From positions 480,001 to 544,000 of the forward strand of contig CAWFAK010000017.1 in the NCBI GenBank assembly GCA_963813715.1: a stretch of DNA of 64,000 nucleotides. Reading direction: 5' to 3'. This stretch comes from an uncultured Planctomycetaceae bacterium. GTDB taxonomy: Bacteria; Planctomycetota; Planctomycetia; Planctomycetales; Planctomycetaceae. Below are positions 21,345 through 31,697 of the stretch, piece by piece. The position numbers were made by a program, and so were the translations under genes. Position 1 is the stretch's first letter, and the number at the start of each line of letters is the position of its first letter. The notes under the pieces were generated by a model, which saw only the letters and a list, made by a program, of their open reading frames with translations, was not told the origin of the DNA and ran no database searches.

Positions 21345-21512
21345 GGGATCGGGTACGTCTCGTCTTGGCCCGGCGGACGGGAAGGTCGTTTGCGTGATGG
21401 AGGCGCCGAGCGAGGAAGCCATCGCATCTTGGTTCAGAAAAGGAACATGCCGTGCGACGACCTCGCGCCGTTGGAACTCGAGGGCAATCGCGGGACCTTC
21501 AAAACCGCCTGA
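21345..21512 (+). pseudogene. Possible decayed DUF4242-like gene fragment
   Basis: GKVVCVMEAPSEEAIASWFRK / NMPCDDLAPLELEG across frames; no intact start found. Confidence 0.35.
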
Positions 21513-21619
21513 CGAAGCGGCCTGACCAGGCCAGCCTGCGCGAGTCGGATTGACGAGTGGATCGATTTCTCGTCAATTTAAGCCGGTCGAGTTCTCTAAT
21601 CTCAAGTGGAGCCAGACGC

Positions 21620-22327
21620 ATGCATCGTCGCGAACTGCTTGCCAAAGCGGGAATTCTCGGGATCACGGCCTTGGCCGGCTCGTCGATCGCTGCCGGCCAC
21701 GAGGGCGGCAATGCCGGCATGTCGCCCTTGGCAGGGCCTCACATGCATTTCTGCGGGATCCATACCGCCAAGAACAATCCCAAGTTTTTGCTCACCACTC
21801 AACACTATTGCGCCGGACACTCGAGCACCGGGCATGACGACCTGTTTCAGTGCGTGCTCTTCGACGGCGCCGGCGCCAACGCCAAGCTCCTGGGGGTCGA
21901 ATATATCGTCAGCGACACCGCTTACCGCGCGCTTCCCGAGGCCGAAAAGAAATACTGGCATCCGCACACCTACGAGGTGCTGGGCGGCGGTCTCGTCGCT
22001 CCGGGAATGCCGGAGGCCGACGAGAAGCGGTTCATGAAGACCCTCCTCACCACTTGGGGCAAAGCCTGGCACACCTGGCCCGACCCCAAAACCGCGGTCC
22101 CGACCGGCGAGCCGCTGTTGATCTGGTCACTGGGTGGAGACGGCCAGTGCGACCAGGCCGTGATTGCCGCTCGCGACAAAGATTTCGGAGTCGACACGGC
22201 CGCAATCCGCGCTCGTCGTAGCCGGGAACTCGGACTACAGGTGCCGCAAGTTCCTCATCCCACTTCGATGGAGGAGCTGGGTCGACAGTGGACGGCAACC
22301 GGGGAAGACCAGCCGACGAAAATCTAA
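21620..22327 (+). CDS. Tat-exported DUF1264 (OBAP-like) protein
   Basis: MHRRELL signal; HFCGIH, QHYC, QCVLFD, LLGVEYIVS, EKKYWHPHTYEV, WGKAWHTW. Confidence 0.85.
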   Translation: MHRRELLAKAGILGITALAGSSIAAGHEGGNAGMSPLAGPHMHFCGIHTAKNNPKFLLTTQHYCAGHSSTGHDDLFQCVLFDGAGANAKLLGVEYIVSDTAYRALPEAEKKYWHPHTYEVLGGGLVAPGMPEADEKRFMKTLLTTWGKAWHTWPDPKTAVPTGEPLLIWSLGGDGQCDQAVIAARDKDFGVDTAAIRARRSRELGLQVPQVPHPTSMEELGRQWTATGEDQPTKI

Positions 22328-22614
22328 CCGGCACTCGAAGGGCCGATGTCGACACCGGTCATCGCCGTCGGCATCGCGTATCGAAACAGTGCGATCTAAC
22401 AAAAGTTTCTGAAAGCAGCCTCAATGGAAATCTCGCATGTCGACTGCCAAAGACAATTCCGAATCGATCGGTCGCACGCCGCTCGTGCGGATCAATCGGC
22501 TCTGCCATCGATCCTTCGATTACTCCGATCCTTCGATTACACTGGCATGATTCGCGACATTGTCACTGCCGCGAAGATCGGATTTGCCCGCCATTCGAGT
22601 ATCGGGAGGTTCCC

Positions 22615-23883
22615 ATTTTCCTTCGCAAAGTAGCTGCGTGCCTTGTTCTGGCTCTTGCCTCTTTTAATTCCATCGCGATTGCGGAAAACTGGGCTCATTG
22701 GCGTGGTCCGACCGGGAATGGCACCGCGGCCCACGCGTCGCCGCCGATCGAATGGAGCGATACGAAGAACGTCAAATGGAAAGTCGAAGTCCCGGGCAGC
22801 GGACTGTCGTCGCCGATCATTTGGGATGGCCGCGTCTTTGTGACGTCCGCCGTACCGGTCGCCGGCGAGCCGGCCAGCGGCTTGCCGACGCTGGAGTTCA
22901 AAGTCTTTTGTTTCGACCGGGCCGAAGGCCATCCGCTTTGGGAAAAAACCGCGACTGTCGCCCGCCCGCACCAAAAGACCCATGAGACGAACAGCTTTGC
23001 TTCGGCTTCCCCCTGCACCGACGGCGAGCATGTCTACGCGCACTTTGGCTCGCGCGGGCTGTACTGCTATTCGATGAACGGCGATTTCGTCTGGAAGCGC
23101 GACGATTTTGGAAAAATGCAAACGCTGTTCGGGTTCGGCGAGGGGAGTTCGCCGACGATCGCGGGCGACATGATTCTCGTCCCCTGGGATCACAACGGCC
23201 CTTCGGCGCTCTACGCGCTCGACAAACACACCGGCGAGACGATCTGGAAAACCCCGCGCCAGGAGACGACCGAGTGGTCGACGCCGCTGGTTGTGGATCA
23301 CGCCGGACGCAAGCAGGTGATCCTGAATGGTCAGAGGTCCGTGCGGAGCTACGACCTGCAAACCGGAAAGGAACTGTGGCACTGCGGCGGTCAAGCCTTG
23401 CGGCCGATCGCCTCGCCCGTGTCGCTGCCCGGTTTGGTGATCGTCGGCAGCGGGTATCAAGGGGCTTACATGGCGGCGTTTCGTCTGGATGGCACGGGGG
23501 ACCTCAAGGGGACCGATAAAATCGTCTGGGAAATCACCCACGACGCGCCGGACGTCGCTTCGCCCCTGCTCTCCTCGACCGGCCGGCTCTATTTTCACAA
23601 AGCCAAGACTGGCCTGCTCTCTTGCATCGATGCGGCCACCGGCAAGCCCCATTACTTTGCCCGTCGAATCGGGCTCGATAATCCCTACGCCTCGCCGGTG
23701 GAAGCGGGCGGCCATATCTATCTGACGGCCCGGACCGGCATGACCATCGTCATGGCCGATGCCGACGAAATCAAAATCCTGGCCAGGAACCAACTCGACG
23801 AAACCATCGGCGCCACGCCCGCGCCGGTCGATAACCAACTCTTTATTCGGGGCGACAAGCACCTGTTGTGCATTGCGCAGTAG
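22615..23883 (+). CDS. PQQ-like beta-propeller repeat protein (BamB-like, planctomycete type); start uncertain
   Basis: Signal peptide then ENWAHWRGPTGNG, WSDTKNVKWKVEVPG, GLSSPIIW, ASPCTDGE, YASPV, LFIRG. Confidence 0.9.
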   Translation: MFLRKVAACLVLALASFNSIAIAENWAHWRGPTGNGTAAHASPPIEWSDTKNVKWKVEVPGSGLSSPIIWDGRVFVTSAVPVAGEPASGLPTLEFKVFCFDRAEGHPLWEKTATVARPHQKTHETNSFASASPCTDGEHVYAHFGSRGLYCYSMNGDFVWKRDDFGKMQTLFGFGEGSSPTIAGDMILVPWDHNGPSALYALDKHTGETIWKTPRQETTEWSTPLVVDHAGRKQVILNGQRSVRSYDLQTGKELWHCGGQALRPIASPVSLPGLVIVGSGYQGAYMAAFRLDGTGDLKGTDKIVWEITHDAPDVASPLLSSTGRLYFHKAKTGLLSCIDAATGKPHYFARRIGLDNPYASPVEAGGHIYLTARTGMTIVMADADEIKILARNQLDETIGATPAPVDNQLFIRGDKHLLCIAQ

Positions 23884-24076
23884 GGATCGAGGCTCAGGCG
23901 GCCCATTCGGTAGTGTCGAGCATCGTGTCATTGACCCGAGCGATGGTCACTCGCCACTTCGGGGCGCCGCTCGGCTCACTTCCCTGCGAACTGTCTGACG
24001 GTTAGGGTATTGGCACTGTGCTAAGTTTTTAGCTTAGTGTCATCGTCCGTAGAATGGTTTTCACAAGGGGAATCTC

Positions 24077-24865
24077 ATGAGTCACCGTCTCAGCCTGTCA
24101 GGCAGTCGAAACCTGCGAAAATTGATGCCGATAGTCGCGCTCCCTCTGTTTTGTGCGGCAATCGCGGTCCCGCTGCGTGCCGAGGATAAGCTCGACAAGA
24201 AAGCCGTCGAACTGTGCAAGAAGGTTGGCAACTTTTACAAGAACGCCAAAACCTTCCACACCGAAGGGGCGTTCGTCTCCAAGATCGACAACAACGGCGA
24301 AAAGCGCGAGATCAACGTCGCGGCTGTTTACGATATTGAGCGGCCAAATCGGCTCTCGCTCAAGACGCAAATGGACGGCGACTCCAAGAAGGGCCCGGAC
24401 ATCATCTCCGACGGCAAGAAGCTGACGGTCTATCGCAAGGCACTCAAACAATATGTCGAAGAGGACGCACCGAATGACGTGAGTGGGCTCGGCTCCAAGG
24501 TGCTTCCCATCGGCCCGTTCATGACCGGAATCCTGGTGCCCAATCTTCTCAACGACGATCCGGGCGACTCCCTGTTGCAAGGAGTCAACTCGTGCTCGTA
24601 CGTCGGACTGGACAAAGTGGACGGGACGTCGGCTCACCACATGAAATTCAGCCAGGATCAGTTCGACTGGGAAATGTGGGTTGCAGCCGAAGGGAAGCCG
24701 TTCGTGCTGCGTATGAGCCAAAGCGTGGACGGCCCAAACGGTAAGACCAAATTCACGGAAACCTACAAGAATTCGACGGTCGACGCACCGGCCGTGAAAG
24801 ACGCGTTTACATTTACCCCGCCGAAGGACGCGGCGAAGGTCGACGAATTTAAGGAGTCGAACTGA
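24077..24865 (+). CDS. DUF2092 / LolA-fold exported protein
   Basis: Signal peptide; ERPNRLS, IISDGKKLTVY, DWEMWV, FTFTPPKDA. Confidence 0.8.
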   Translation: MSHRLSLSGSRNLRKLMPIVALPLFCAAIAVPLRAEDKLDKKAVELCKKVGNFYKNAKTFHTEGAFVSKIDNNGEKREINVAAVYDIERPNRLSLKTQMDGDSKKGPDIISDGKKLTVYRKALKQYVEEDAPNDVSGLGSKVLPIGPFMTGILVPNLLNDDPGDSLLQGVNSCSYVGLDKVDGTSAHHMKFSQDQFDWEMWVAAEGKPFVLRMSQSVDGPNGKTKFTETYKNSTVDAPAVKDAFTFTPPKDAAKVDEFKESN

Positions 24866-24890
24866 CAGGCCGAGTCGTGCGCGGGGCGCT

Positions 24891-24923
24891 ATGCTCACGG
24901 CCTTTGCGTGAGCATGCGAACTG
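24891..24923 (+). repeat. REP-like palindrome family B, copy 1 (33 bp identical to 26218-26250)
   Basis: ATGCTCACGGCCTTTGCGTGAGCATGCGAACTG with ATGCTCACG/CGTGAGCAT stem. Confidence 0.85.
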
Positions 24924-24990
24924 CGGCAAGACATTCCCACGCCGATCCGTGAGACCGTGCTGCAATTCGAAGCGATCGAGGAGCTGCCGT

Positions 24991-25043
24991 GCTGACGCTT
25001 CGGGTTGGTATGTTGCATTCACTAACCCGAACCGTCAGCGAGG
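24991..25043. repeat. REP-like family A inverted doublet
   Basis: GCTGACGCTTCGGGTTGGT ... ACTAACCCGAACCGTCAGCGAGG; same family at 48794 and 53749. Confidence 0.85.
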
Positions 25044-25207
25044 GAATTCGAGCAAGGACTCACTCGAATCGGACAGTCTCGTGCCGAGCCGTGGGCATGC
25101 CACCCCGCCGCGCCGTAGCAAGCGGCTGAGTCGTGCAGGCAGTGAACCGTTACGATCAGTGTCGCGAAGAACCGTTTGAGGAATTAACCGCGAAGAAAGT
25201 CTCTCGG

Positions 25208-25621
25208 ATGGCATACTGGCTGTTCAAAGAGGAGCCCGACCACTACTCACTGGAAGACTTATTCCGCGAGAAGCGGGCCGTGTGGGCTGGCGTCGGGAAC
25301 AACGTCGCTCTCAAGCACCTGAGGTCGGTGCAGAAAGGCGACCGCGTATTCTACTATCACACCGGAAAAGAGAAGGCCATTGTCGGTGTGATGGAAGTGG
25401 TCAAAGCCCCGTACCCGGATCCCGAACGCGACGATGCTCGATTCGTCGTCGTCGACGTGAAGCCGATCAGTCGATTGGACCGGCCCGTCACGCTGGCCGA
25501 GCTCAAGGCGAATCCGAAATTCGCGGACTTCGCATTGGTCCGCATCTCCCGACTGTCGGTCATGCCTGTCACCGACAAGCAGTGGACGGAGATTGAGCGG
25601 TTGTCAAAACAGGCCTCGTAA
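25208..25621 (+). CDS. EVE domain protein
   Basis: MAYWLFKEEP, WAGVGNN, GDRVFYYHTG, PYPDP, LVRISRLSVMPV. Confidence 0.93.
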   Translation: MAYWLFKEEPDHYSLEDLFREKRAVWAGVGNNVALKHLRSVQKGDRVFYYHTGKEKAIVGVMEVVKAPYPDPERDDARFVVVDVKPISRLDRPVTLAELKANPKFADFALVRISRLSVMPVTDKQWTEIERLSKQAS

Positions 25622-25733
25622 GCCGCGGTACCCACTGGGTCCACCCGTTACTCCCGCACGAGAAAATATGGATGTCGAAGACACGAGGGCTGCCGCCGCC
25701 GGAGTGCCCCGCCAACTCAGGCGCCGACTGCCG

Positions 25734-26189
25734 CTATAGACAAGCGACAAAGACCGCCTCGTCATTGCCTTCGAGATAATACTGCTCCCCCACTGTTCTC
25801 CAATACGGAGCGCGTGGAATCGCACGACGCAGGACTCTCCGTCATATGACACGTCGGCCTGAATCGGGACTTCCGAGAATTCCGAGTTTTTCCATAAGTG
25901 TGCCAGATGATCCAAGATACAACAGGCAGATATTGAGTTGGTCCCCATCATCGGTGAAATCATCAATATGCAGGTGGTTGACATATGCCTCGTAACCGGT
26001 CGCGTCGCGAAACATGTCCCTGCTCGCATTGAGTGACCCCGCATAGAGTGCCACCAGGAAGTAACACCCCTCCTTCTTAACAAGCCCTTGCGAAAGCAAA
26101 TCGGCTAATTTCGCTGGCAGAATTGCTTTCCGGGCATCTGCATTTTTCAACAGCCCTGCCATTGCCTTGTTGACCTGGAGGATTTGCAT
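25734..26189 (-). CDS. Lower-GC hypothetical protein, possibly immunity-type (two frameshifts)
   Basis: MQILQVNKAM...DATGYEAYVNHLHIDD / HLWKNS...SYDGESCVVRFHALRIGEQW / YLEGNDEAVFVACL*; visibly AT-richer than the flanks. Confidence 0.5.
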
Positions 26190-26217
26190 CTTCCTGCCTC
26201 ACCGAGCGCCGGGTGCC

Positions 26218-26296
26218 ATGCTCACGGCCTTTGCGTGAGCATGCGAACTGGCGCAAGACATGCCCCCTCTATGCCGTAGGGCATGTCACCCCGCCG
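26218..26296 (+). repeat. REP-like family B copy 2 (with GCCGTAGGGCATGTCACCCC half)
   Basis: 33-bp identity to 24891-24923; distal half matches 25088-25110. Confidence 0.85.
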
Positions 26297-26344
26297 CCGC
26301 CACGTCCTTGGCACATGCCACGTATCACTGGACCCATTGGTTCA

Positions 26345-26975
26345 TCATTTGCCATGGCGTATCGACTTAACAGCCGCATCGTGCTTGCTAATTTCGATCT
26401 CCGCCACCCCGCCGACCTCAGCAGCTCGAAAGTGTGCCGTTGAACTTAAAGGAGCTGCGTGTTGCCGCCACTTTCCATGGCCTTTGCTTTAACACTTCGG
26501 GTCCGTATACCTTGACCAATACAATTTCGGCAATTTTCTCAGTGGATTTCTCATCCAATCGCAGGTTCACCATCTCATTGGCAGAACTCTCGCTCGTACT
26601 CGCTACCGGCTGGTCATCGCTGACCGCAATGCCGTCTCCCTTTCCAGGCGGTTGATCGTCTACTAGACCGACGTAAAAGCGTCCAAAGCTGTACGCGAGC
26701 ATCAGCGCCATCGCCAGACCGCCCGTTCCCGCAACCAGAACATGACGCCAGCTACGGAACCCGAAGTTCCCGAGCCGTGCCAGGAGCAAATAGGCCAAGA
26801 TGAAGTTCGCAGAGCCCCACAAGACGTTGACCCACGCTCGCGATAATCCTTCACCTGGTGGAGTCGCGAACGGGCTTTGAAACGGGTGTCCCATGACACC
26901 GCTCACGAAATGGGGAATCGCGTTCACCAGAAACGCGCCACCCATAAAGTAGCCGAGGTAGTGATACCAGCGCAC
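26345..26975 (-). CDS. Small membrane protein read in frame into an NTF2-fold immunity domain (YbbC/YhhH-like); frameshift near 26430
   Basis: N-terminus FMGGAFLVNAIPHFVSG...FQSPFA...NVLWG; C-terminus EKIAEIVLVKVYG...QRPWKV...NGTL / GGVAEIEISKHDAAVKSIRHGK*. Confidence 0.65.
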
Positions 26976-27055
26976 GCGTCATTCCTTTCCAATCGCGTAG
27001 GGCCACGTCAATCAAGGCGACCGAAGTCGAACCCGAACGTGGCTGCGTCGTCGCA

Positions 27056-27397
27056 TTAGGCCGGATCGACCTGCATCGCAGCCAATTCGTTGCCGCTCGG
27101 GTCGCGGAAGTGGAAGCGACGACCGCCGGGGAAACTGAAGATCGGTTTGGTGACTGCCGCACCGGTAGTCGTGATCGCGGTGAGGGTCGCCTCTAAATCG
27201 TGGACTTCGATCACCGGTAAAGGGGCTTTGGTGGCCTCCGTTTGATCGGCTTGAAGTCCAAGGTCTACGTCCCCCGTCATCGTGCACGCATAAGTTGGCC
27301 CGAAAGCCGTCATCTTCATTCCAAAAACCTGCTCGAAAAAGCGTTGGCTCGCGGCGAGATCGCGCGTCGGCAGCTCGATGAAATTGGGTCTGGCCAT
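27056..27397 (-). CDS. VOC (glyoxalase/bleomycin resistance) family protein
   Basis: NFIELP, FFEQVFG, FSFPGGRRFHFRDPSGNEL. Confidence 0.9.
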   Translation of the reverse strand: MARPNFIELPTRDLAASQRFFEQVFGMKMTAFGPTYACTMTGDVDLGLQADQTEATKAPLPVIEVHDLEATLTAITTTGAAVTKPIFSFPGGRRFHFRDPSGNELAAMQVDPA

Positions 27398-27643
27398 AAC
27401 GGGCTCCCGTCTTTGATGTCGTTGCTCGGATCGAGACAAGGTCGTTAGCGTATCCGATTTCCCGTGGGGGAGGCGGAATCTACAGTGCCTGTGGCGAACG
27501 CGTGACCGGCCTGGCCGCGGACTCCATCATCCTCCCCGGATACTTGTGGCACCGAGTGGATCCGCCGACTAAGATGGCCAGGGTTAGAGAGTTTTCACAT
27601 CAATTGAACCCGACGACTACGGCGATACGAGCAGGAGACCGTG

Positions 27644-29454
27644 GTGAGCGCTGCCATCCGGGTCGCTTGTCCCCATTGTCTCACCAGTCTGAAGCTGAAA
27701 TCGCGCGAGATGCTGGGCGCCGCGTCACCTGCCCCAAGTGCCGGGAAGTCTTTTCCGCCGCCGAAGAGGACGACGAGCTGTTTGAATCGGCGGAGCGGAC
27801 GCCGGAACAGCCGCTGGCGCCGACGATTTCGCGGACTTCGGAACAGCCCCTGGCCCCGATGATCGCGCGGACGCCGAGACGGCGAAGTCGACGGATTCGA
27901 CATCCCTCTGGCGTGGTCTGGTTCCTGGCCGGGAGCGTTCTCACAGCGCTTGTGGCTGGCGCGTTTTTCGTCCCCTGGCGGTCGCTCGTGGCGGACATCA
28001 ATCTCAATCCGTGGGCGGACACGCCCGACGCGATTTTGACGCAGGAGACACGATTGCTCAATGAATTCGGGGACCTGGCGGAAGAAGCGCGCGCCGGCGG
28101 ATCGTTCGCGGAACTGGCCGCCAAAGCCAAGAATTTGGATGGTCGGATTGTCGATCTCTACCTGCGTGCCGTGCGTGTTCGTCCCGTTTTGCGCGAACGG
28201 CTCGAAGCGGATCTGGAAAAACACGAAACAGAGTTGAAGGACCTTCAGAGTCGGTCAGTGGCGTTCCAAGAGCGAAATGCGGACCCCCAGGCAAAACGGC
28301 TGCTCGCGGGGTCGCCCGCGGAACAGCAGGCTCTCGAAGATTTGAAAAGCACGTTCATAGTCATCCTTTCTCACGTGAAAGAACTCGGTGGCGCTTTCAC
28401 GAGCATGATGACAAAGCCGCCAGAGCCGCAGTCGAAATCTCAAAAGACGGAAGTGGAGATCCTCGACATTTACCGCGAGGTCGCGGTGCTCGTCAGCCGC
28501 GTCGATTCGACTTCCGCGGCACAGGCGGCTCTGCCGGTGCTCCGCCAACTCAAAGAAAAGTTGGAGATCCTCAAGAAGCGGCGTCCCGAGGAGATCAATG
28601 ACAATACGGTGGAGACGCTCAAAGGGATTCTCGATTACGAACGGCTCGTGGGAGCCGCCGGCCGCGAGATCGCGCAAGTTGCCGACGTCGTGATCCAACG
28701 GCACAATCTCGGCTCAGAATTCGAGGGGGCCGTTTCCCAGATCGACGCCTCGTTTGGCAATGAGCTGCGACGACTCGAGGCTTCTCGACCGAGGGAACTG
28801 CCGCTACTCGGCGTGGCCAGTCCGCTGACGGCTGCTGACTCGCCGGCAGCCGGCTCCCCGCCTGCTCGGCTCTTGCGCAGGCCGGCCGGTCCGGCCGACG
28901 CCGCCTCTCCCGCCCCTGAACTGAGCGCGGAAGCCCAGGCAGCGGCCGACGCGCTCGGTCCAATCGATCCGCCGTTTGCCCCACCGAACACGGGCCCCGG
29001 GAGTTTTGTGTCGACGTGTGTGCGCAAGTTCGGCTGGGATCACGTGACGTTCATCGGTTTTCCAGACAACGGCCTGTCGCGTCCGGAAATGGTCCGGATT
29101 CTGACGCAGATCCAAGCGGCATTGGCTGGCATCCCCTCGCGTTGGACGATCAACCAGGGCGCCATTATTGCGATCGCCTCCAGCGATACCGTCGATCAGA
29201 TCGCCGCCAAATTTCACGTCGGCCGCATTCGCACGATCGACTCGGCGAATCGCCGAATCATCGTCGATCTCCCAGCCGCAGGTGCGTCGACACTTGGGCC
29301 CGTCCGCAACGACATTCGCTTGCCAGGGCCAATCGGTGGCGCCCTGCCGGGCGCCCGTCGCCGTGTCCCCGGCCGGCAAATCGTTCCGCGGGGCCCGATC
29401 CCTGCGCCAGCCGCGCCGCAAGCGGGGCCCGCCAAACCGACTTCCGGGCTGTGA
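27644..29454 (+). CDS. Zinc-ribbon, single-TM, helical hypothetical protein (frameshift near 27715)
   Basis: AGGAG then GTG; IRVACPHC...LKSREMLG / RRVTCPKC; TM VVWFLAGSVLTALVAGAFF; 36-bp tandem repeat (RTxEQPLAPxIx) at 27795-27876. Confidence 0.65.
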
Positions 29455-29568
29455 CCAAGCGCGACGGGAACCAGTTGACGTCTCAGTTTGCTCGGCGAAT
29501 CGAGCCGTGAGCGAAAAAACGCAAAAGAGAAAACGCCGCAGGAGGGGATTCTGCTATCAGGCCGTGGA

Positions 29569-30831
29569 ATGTTACATCGAACAGTTGTTGTGGTCTTACT
29601 TCTGGCGGCTTTCCGTAACGCGGAGTTGCCGGCGGAGCAGGAAGCAGTTCCTGCGCGGGCAATCAGCGTTCTGCCCGTCTTCTTCGTTCCGACTGGACAA
29701 CAGGCGCCGTCGCAGGACCAGTCGAAACGCCTCATGCGCCATCTGAAGTGGTCGCAGACGCGGTATCGCGAATTGCTCGGGCACGGGACGACATTTGCGA
29801 TCGCAGAACAGAAACCGCGTGTCTACCGCGCCCAGCGACCTTTGGAGTTCTACCGCGCTCAGCCTGAGAGGTCGGCAGGCCAGATCGTCAGCGAGCTGCT
29901 CGGCGATCTCAATTACAACCGGAATAACTGCCCGTTCGTTCTGCTCGTCGTGCTGATGAATCCAAAGGACAACGTCCCACCAGGTTGGGGGCAACCGCTG
30001 AACGGAGGTTTTAACACCGGCGGCGGGGTGAGCTTTTTGTCCTCGTTCGGGCTCGATCACTCACCCTACTTCCAATCCACCCTACAGCACGAGCTCGGGC
30101 ATGCGTTCGGCCTGCCTCACGTCGAGGTGTACGGCTACGACATGAAAACAAATCCTTCGATGATGTCTTACGACCCCCGGCACCATACCAAAGGGTTCAC
30201 GGACAGCGCAAAGCCCGGGAAATTTATTCCGGAGGACCGGCGCGGGTTAGCGCTCAACACGCGGGCATTTCCGAGTCTCCATTTTGATCCCGAGAAGAAC
30301 ATTCCGCCGGGCTATTCGATCGCCAAGATCGTGACGCTCGGACGTCTGAAGATTCCGGGGCAACCCGATGGACCGGTGGTCACATCCCATTCTGGCGAAA
30401 CATACGGAAGCAAAGTTGCCAACATTGTGCAGGGGCGGATCGCCGAAAACGAAAAAGGTGAGAAGGTCACCTTTGACGCAAGAACAATGTGGCATTCGGC
30501 AAAGTCGGCGACCGGCTGGGTCGCCGTCCAGATTGTCTTTCCTTGCGAAGTGGAGCTCACACGGATCGTCGTGCACTCTCAACACAGCGGGCAATACCAC
30601 ATTGCCAAGGCCGTGCGCGTCGCCGTCGGCGACAACGGCGAACACTTGCGTCAGGTCATCGAAACCAACTTGGCTTCCGCGGACAGTGAAGTGTCGTTTC
30701 CGGCGACGAAGGGTCGGGTGTGGCAACTCGAACTTCGGGCCGACGAAACCGGCGAGGTGACCTTGCGTGGGCTGCAGTTCTTCTCAGGAGAGGACGAATT
30801 GTTCCCACCGTTGGTGCCGTACCGGGGATAG
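29569..30831 (+). CDS. Secreted zincin-like metalloprotease with C-terminal discoidin/F5-8-like beta domain
   Basis: Signal peptide; HELGHAFGLPH zinc motif and Met-turn SMMSY; C-terminal WHS...W...F...ELTRIVVHSQH...LQFF. Confidence 0.7.
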   Translation: MLHRTVVVVLLLAAFRNAELPAEQEAVPARAISVLPVFFVPTGQQAPSQDQSKRLMRHLKWSQTRYRELLGHGTTFAIAEQKPRVYRAQRPLEFYRAQPERSAGQIVSELLGDLNYNRNNCPFVLLVVLMNPKDNVPPGWGQPLNGGFNTGGGVSFLSSFGLDHSPYFQSTLQHELGHAFGLPHVEVYGYDMKTNPSMMSYDPRHHTKGFTDSAKPGKFIPEDRRGLALNTRAFPSLHFDPEKNIPPGYSIAKIVTLGRLKIPGQPDGPVVTSHSGETYGSKVANIVQGRIAENEKGEKVTFDARTMWHSAKSATGWVAVQIVFPCEVELTRIVVHSQHSGQYHIAKAVRVAVGDNGEHLRQVIETNLASADSEVSFPATKGRVWQLELRADETGEVTLRGLQFFSGEDELFPPLVPYRG

Positions 30832-30919
30832 CAGTCCCGATCAAATCATTCCGATCCCCCTTTTAATTCGTCCTCGATCAGGAACACCTGGTGCCACGGT
30901 CGGCCTCAAAGAAGGTGTT

Positions 30920-31333
30920 TTGAACCTGTTGGGCTACGATCCTGTTTCCCGCGGCCACCTGGACGCGGAGGGGAACGTCGAGATGTGCAACGCGGGCCAC
31001 TGCCCTCCACTGTGGGTCTCAGAGGGCGAAGTCAAACACATTGACTCCACGGGTTTGCCGGTTGGCGTCCTCTGCGATGGCGAATATCCCTCGCACCGCC
31101 GAAGACTGGCCCGGGGAGACAGCCTGGTCCTCTACACCGACGGTCTATCGGAGGCGTTTAATCCTGCGCGGGAGCTCTACGGAGCCAAGCGACTCGGCGA
31201 GCTCGTGGCACGTCACGCGGCGTTTTCGGCCAATTCGCTGTTGGCGGCGATCCTGCAGGACCTCGCGGATTTTCAGGCCGGACACGCGCGGTCCGATGAC
31301 CTGACGATCATGGTGCTGCGGCGAACGAGTTGA
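30920..31333 (+). pseudogene. C-terminal fragment of a SpoIIE/PP2C phosphatase
   Basis: CNAGHCPP, GLPVG, GDSLVLYTDGLSEA, SDDLTIMV present; N-terminal DVxGxG half absent. Confidence 0.65.
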
Positions 31334-31350
31334 GGGGACGCGCGCGTCGA

Positions 31351-31385
31351 GAGAACTCCTCGACGTGAGCGACGGAGGAGTTCTC
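31351..31385. terminator. 11-bp hairpin between convergent ORFs (possible terminator)
   Basis: GAGAACTCCTC ... GAGGAGTTCTC; no long U tract. Confidence 0.4.
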
Positions 31386-31469
31386 AATCGACGAATCCGG
31401 CAGGCGGCAACGTGTTCCGCGCTGGCCCATCCGCAATGTTCGACGCGGCGTTGCCTTGCGCGGCTAGGA

Positions 31470-31697
31470 TCAGGCGACTTTCACGCCGAACCTCGCGTCA
31501 GGTTGACTTCCCGGCGCAGCGTTGGTCGAGATCTGCGTTGAGTACCGATGTCCATCGGGGCAAACAATTTCGACCCTCGTCCACAGACCGTCGGAGACTC
31601 CCAAGCCCTGCGTCGTGGCAACCCGTTCACAATGCGGCGCCGGGCAGGCGATCTGCAGCGCGGTCGCGTTAATCACCGTCGGATCATCGGCAGACAT
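31470..31697 (-). CDS. Small Cys/His hypothetical protein
   Basis: AGAGG upstream; ACPAPHC...CPDGH possible metal ligands. Confidence 0.35.
   Translation of the reverse strand: MSADDPTVINATALQIACPAPHCERVATTQGLGVSDGLWTRVEIVCPDGHRYSTQISTNAAPGSQPDARFGVKVA

Noticed and set aside
25208..25621. EVE gene as a modification-dependent restriction system
   Set aside because: It is a stand-alone EVE domain with no nuclease or McrB-type partner nearby.
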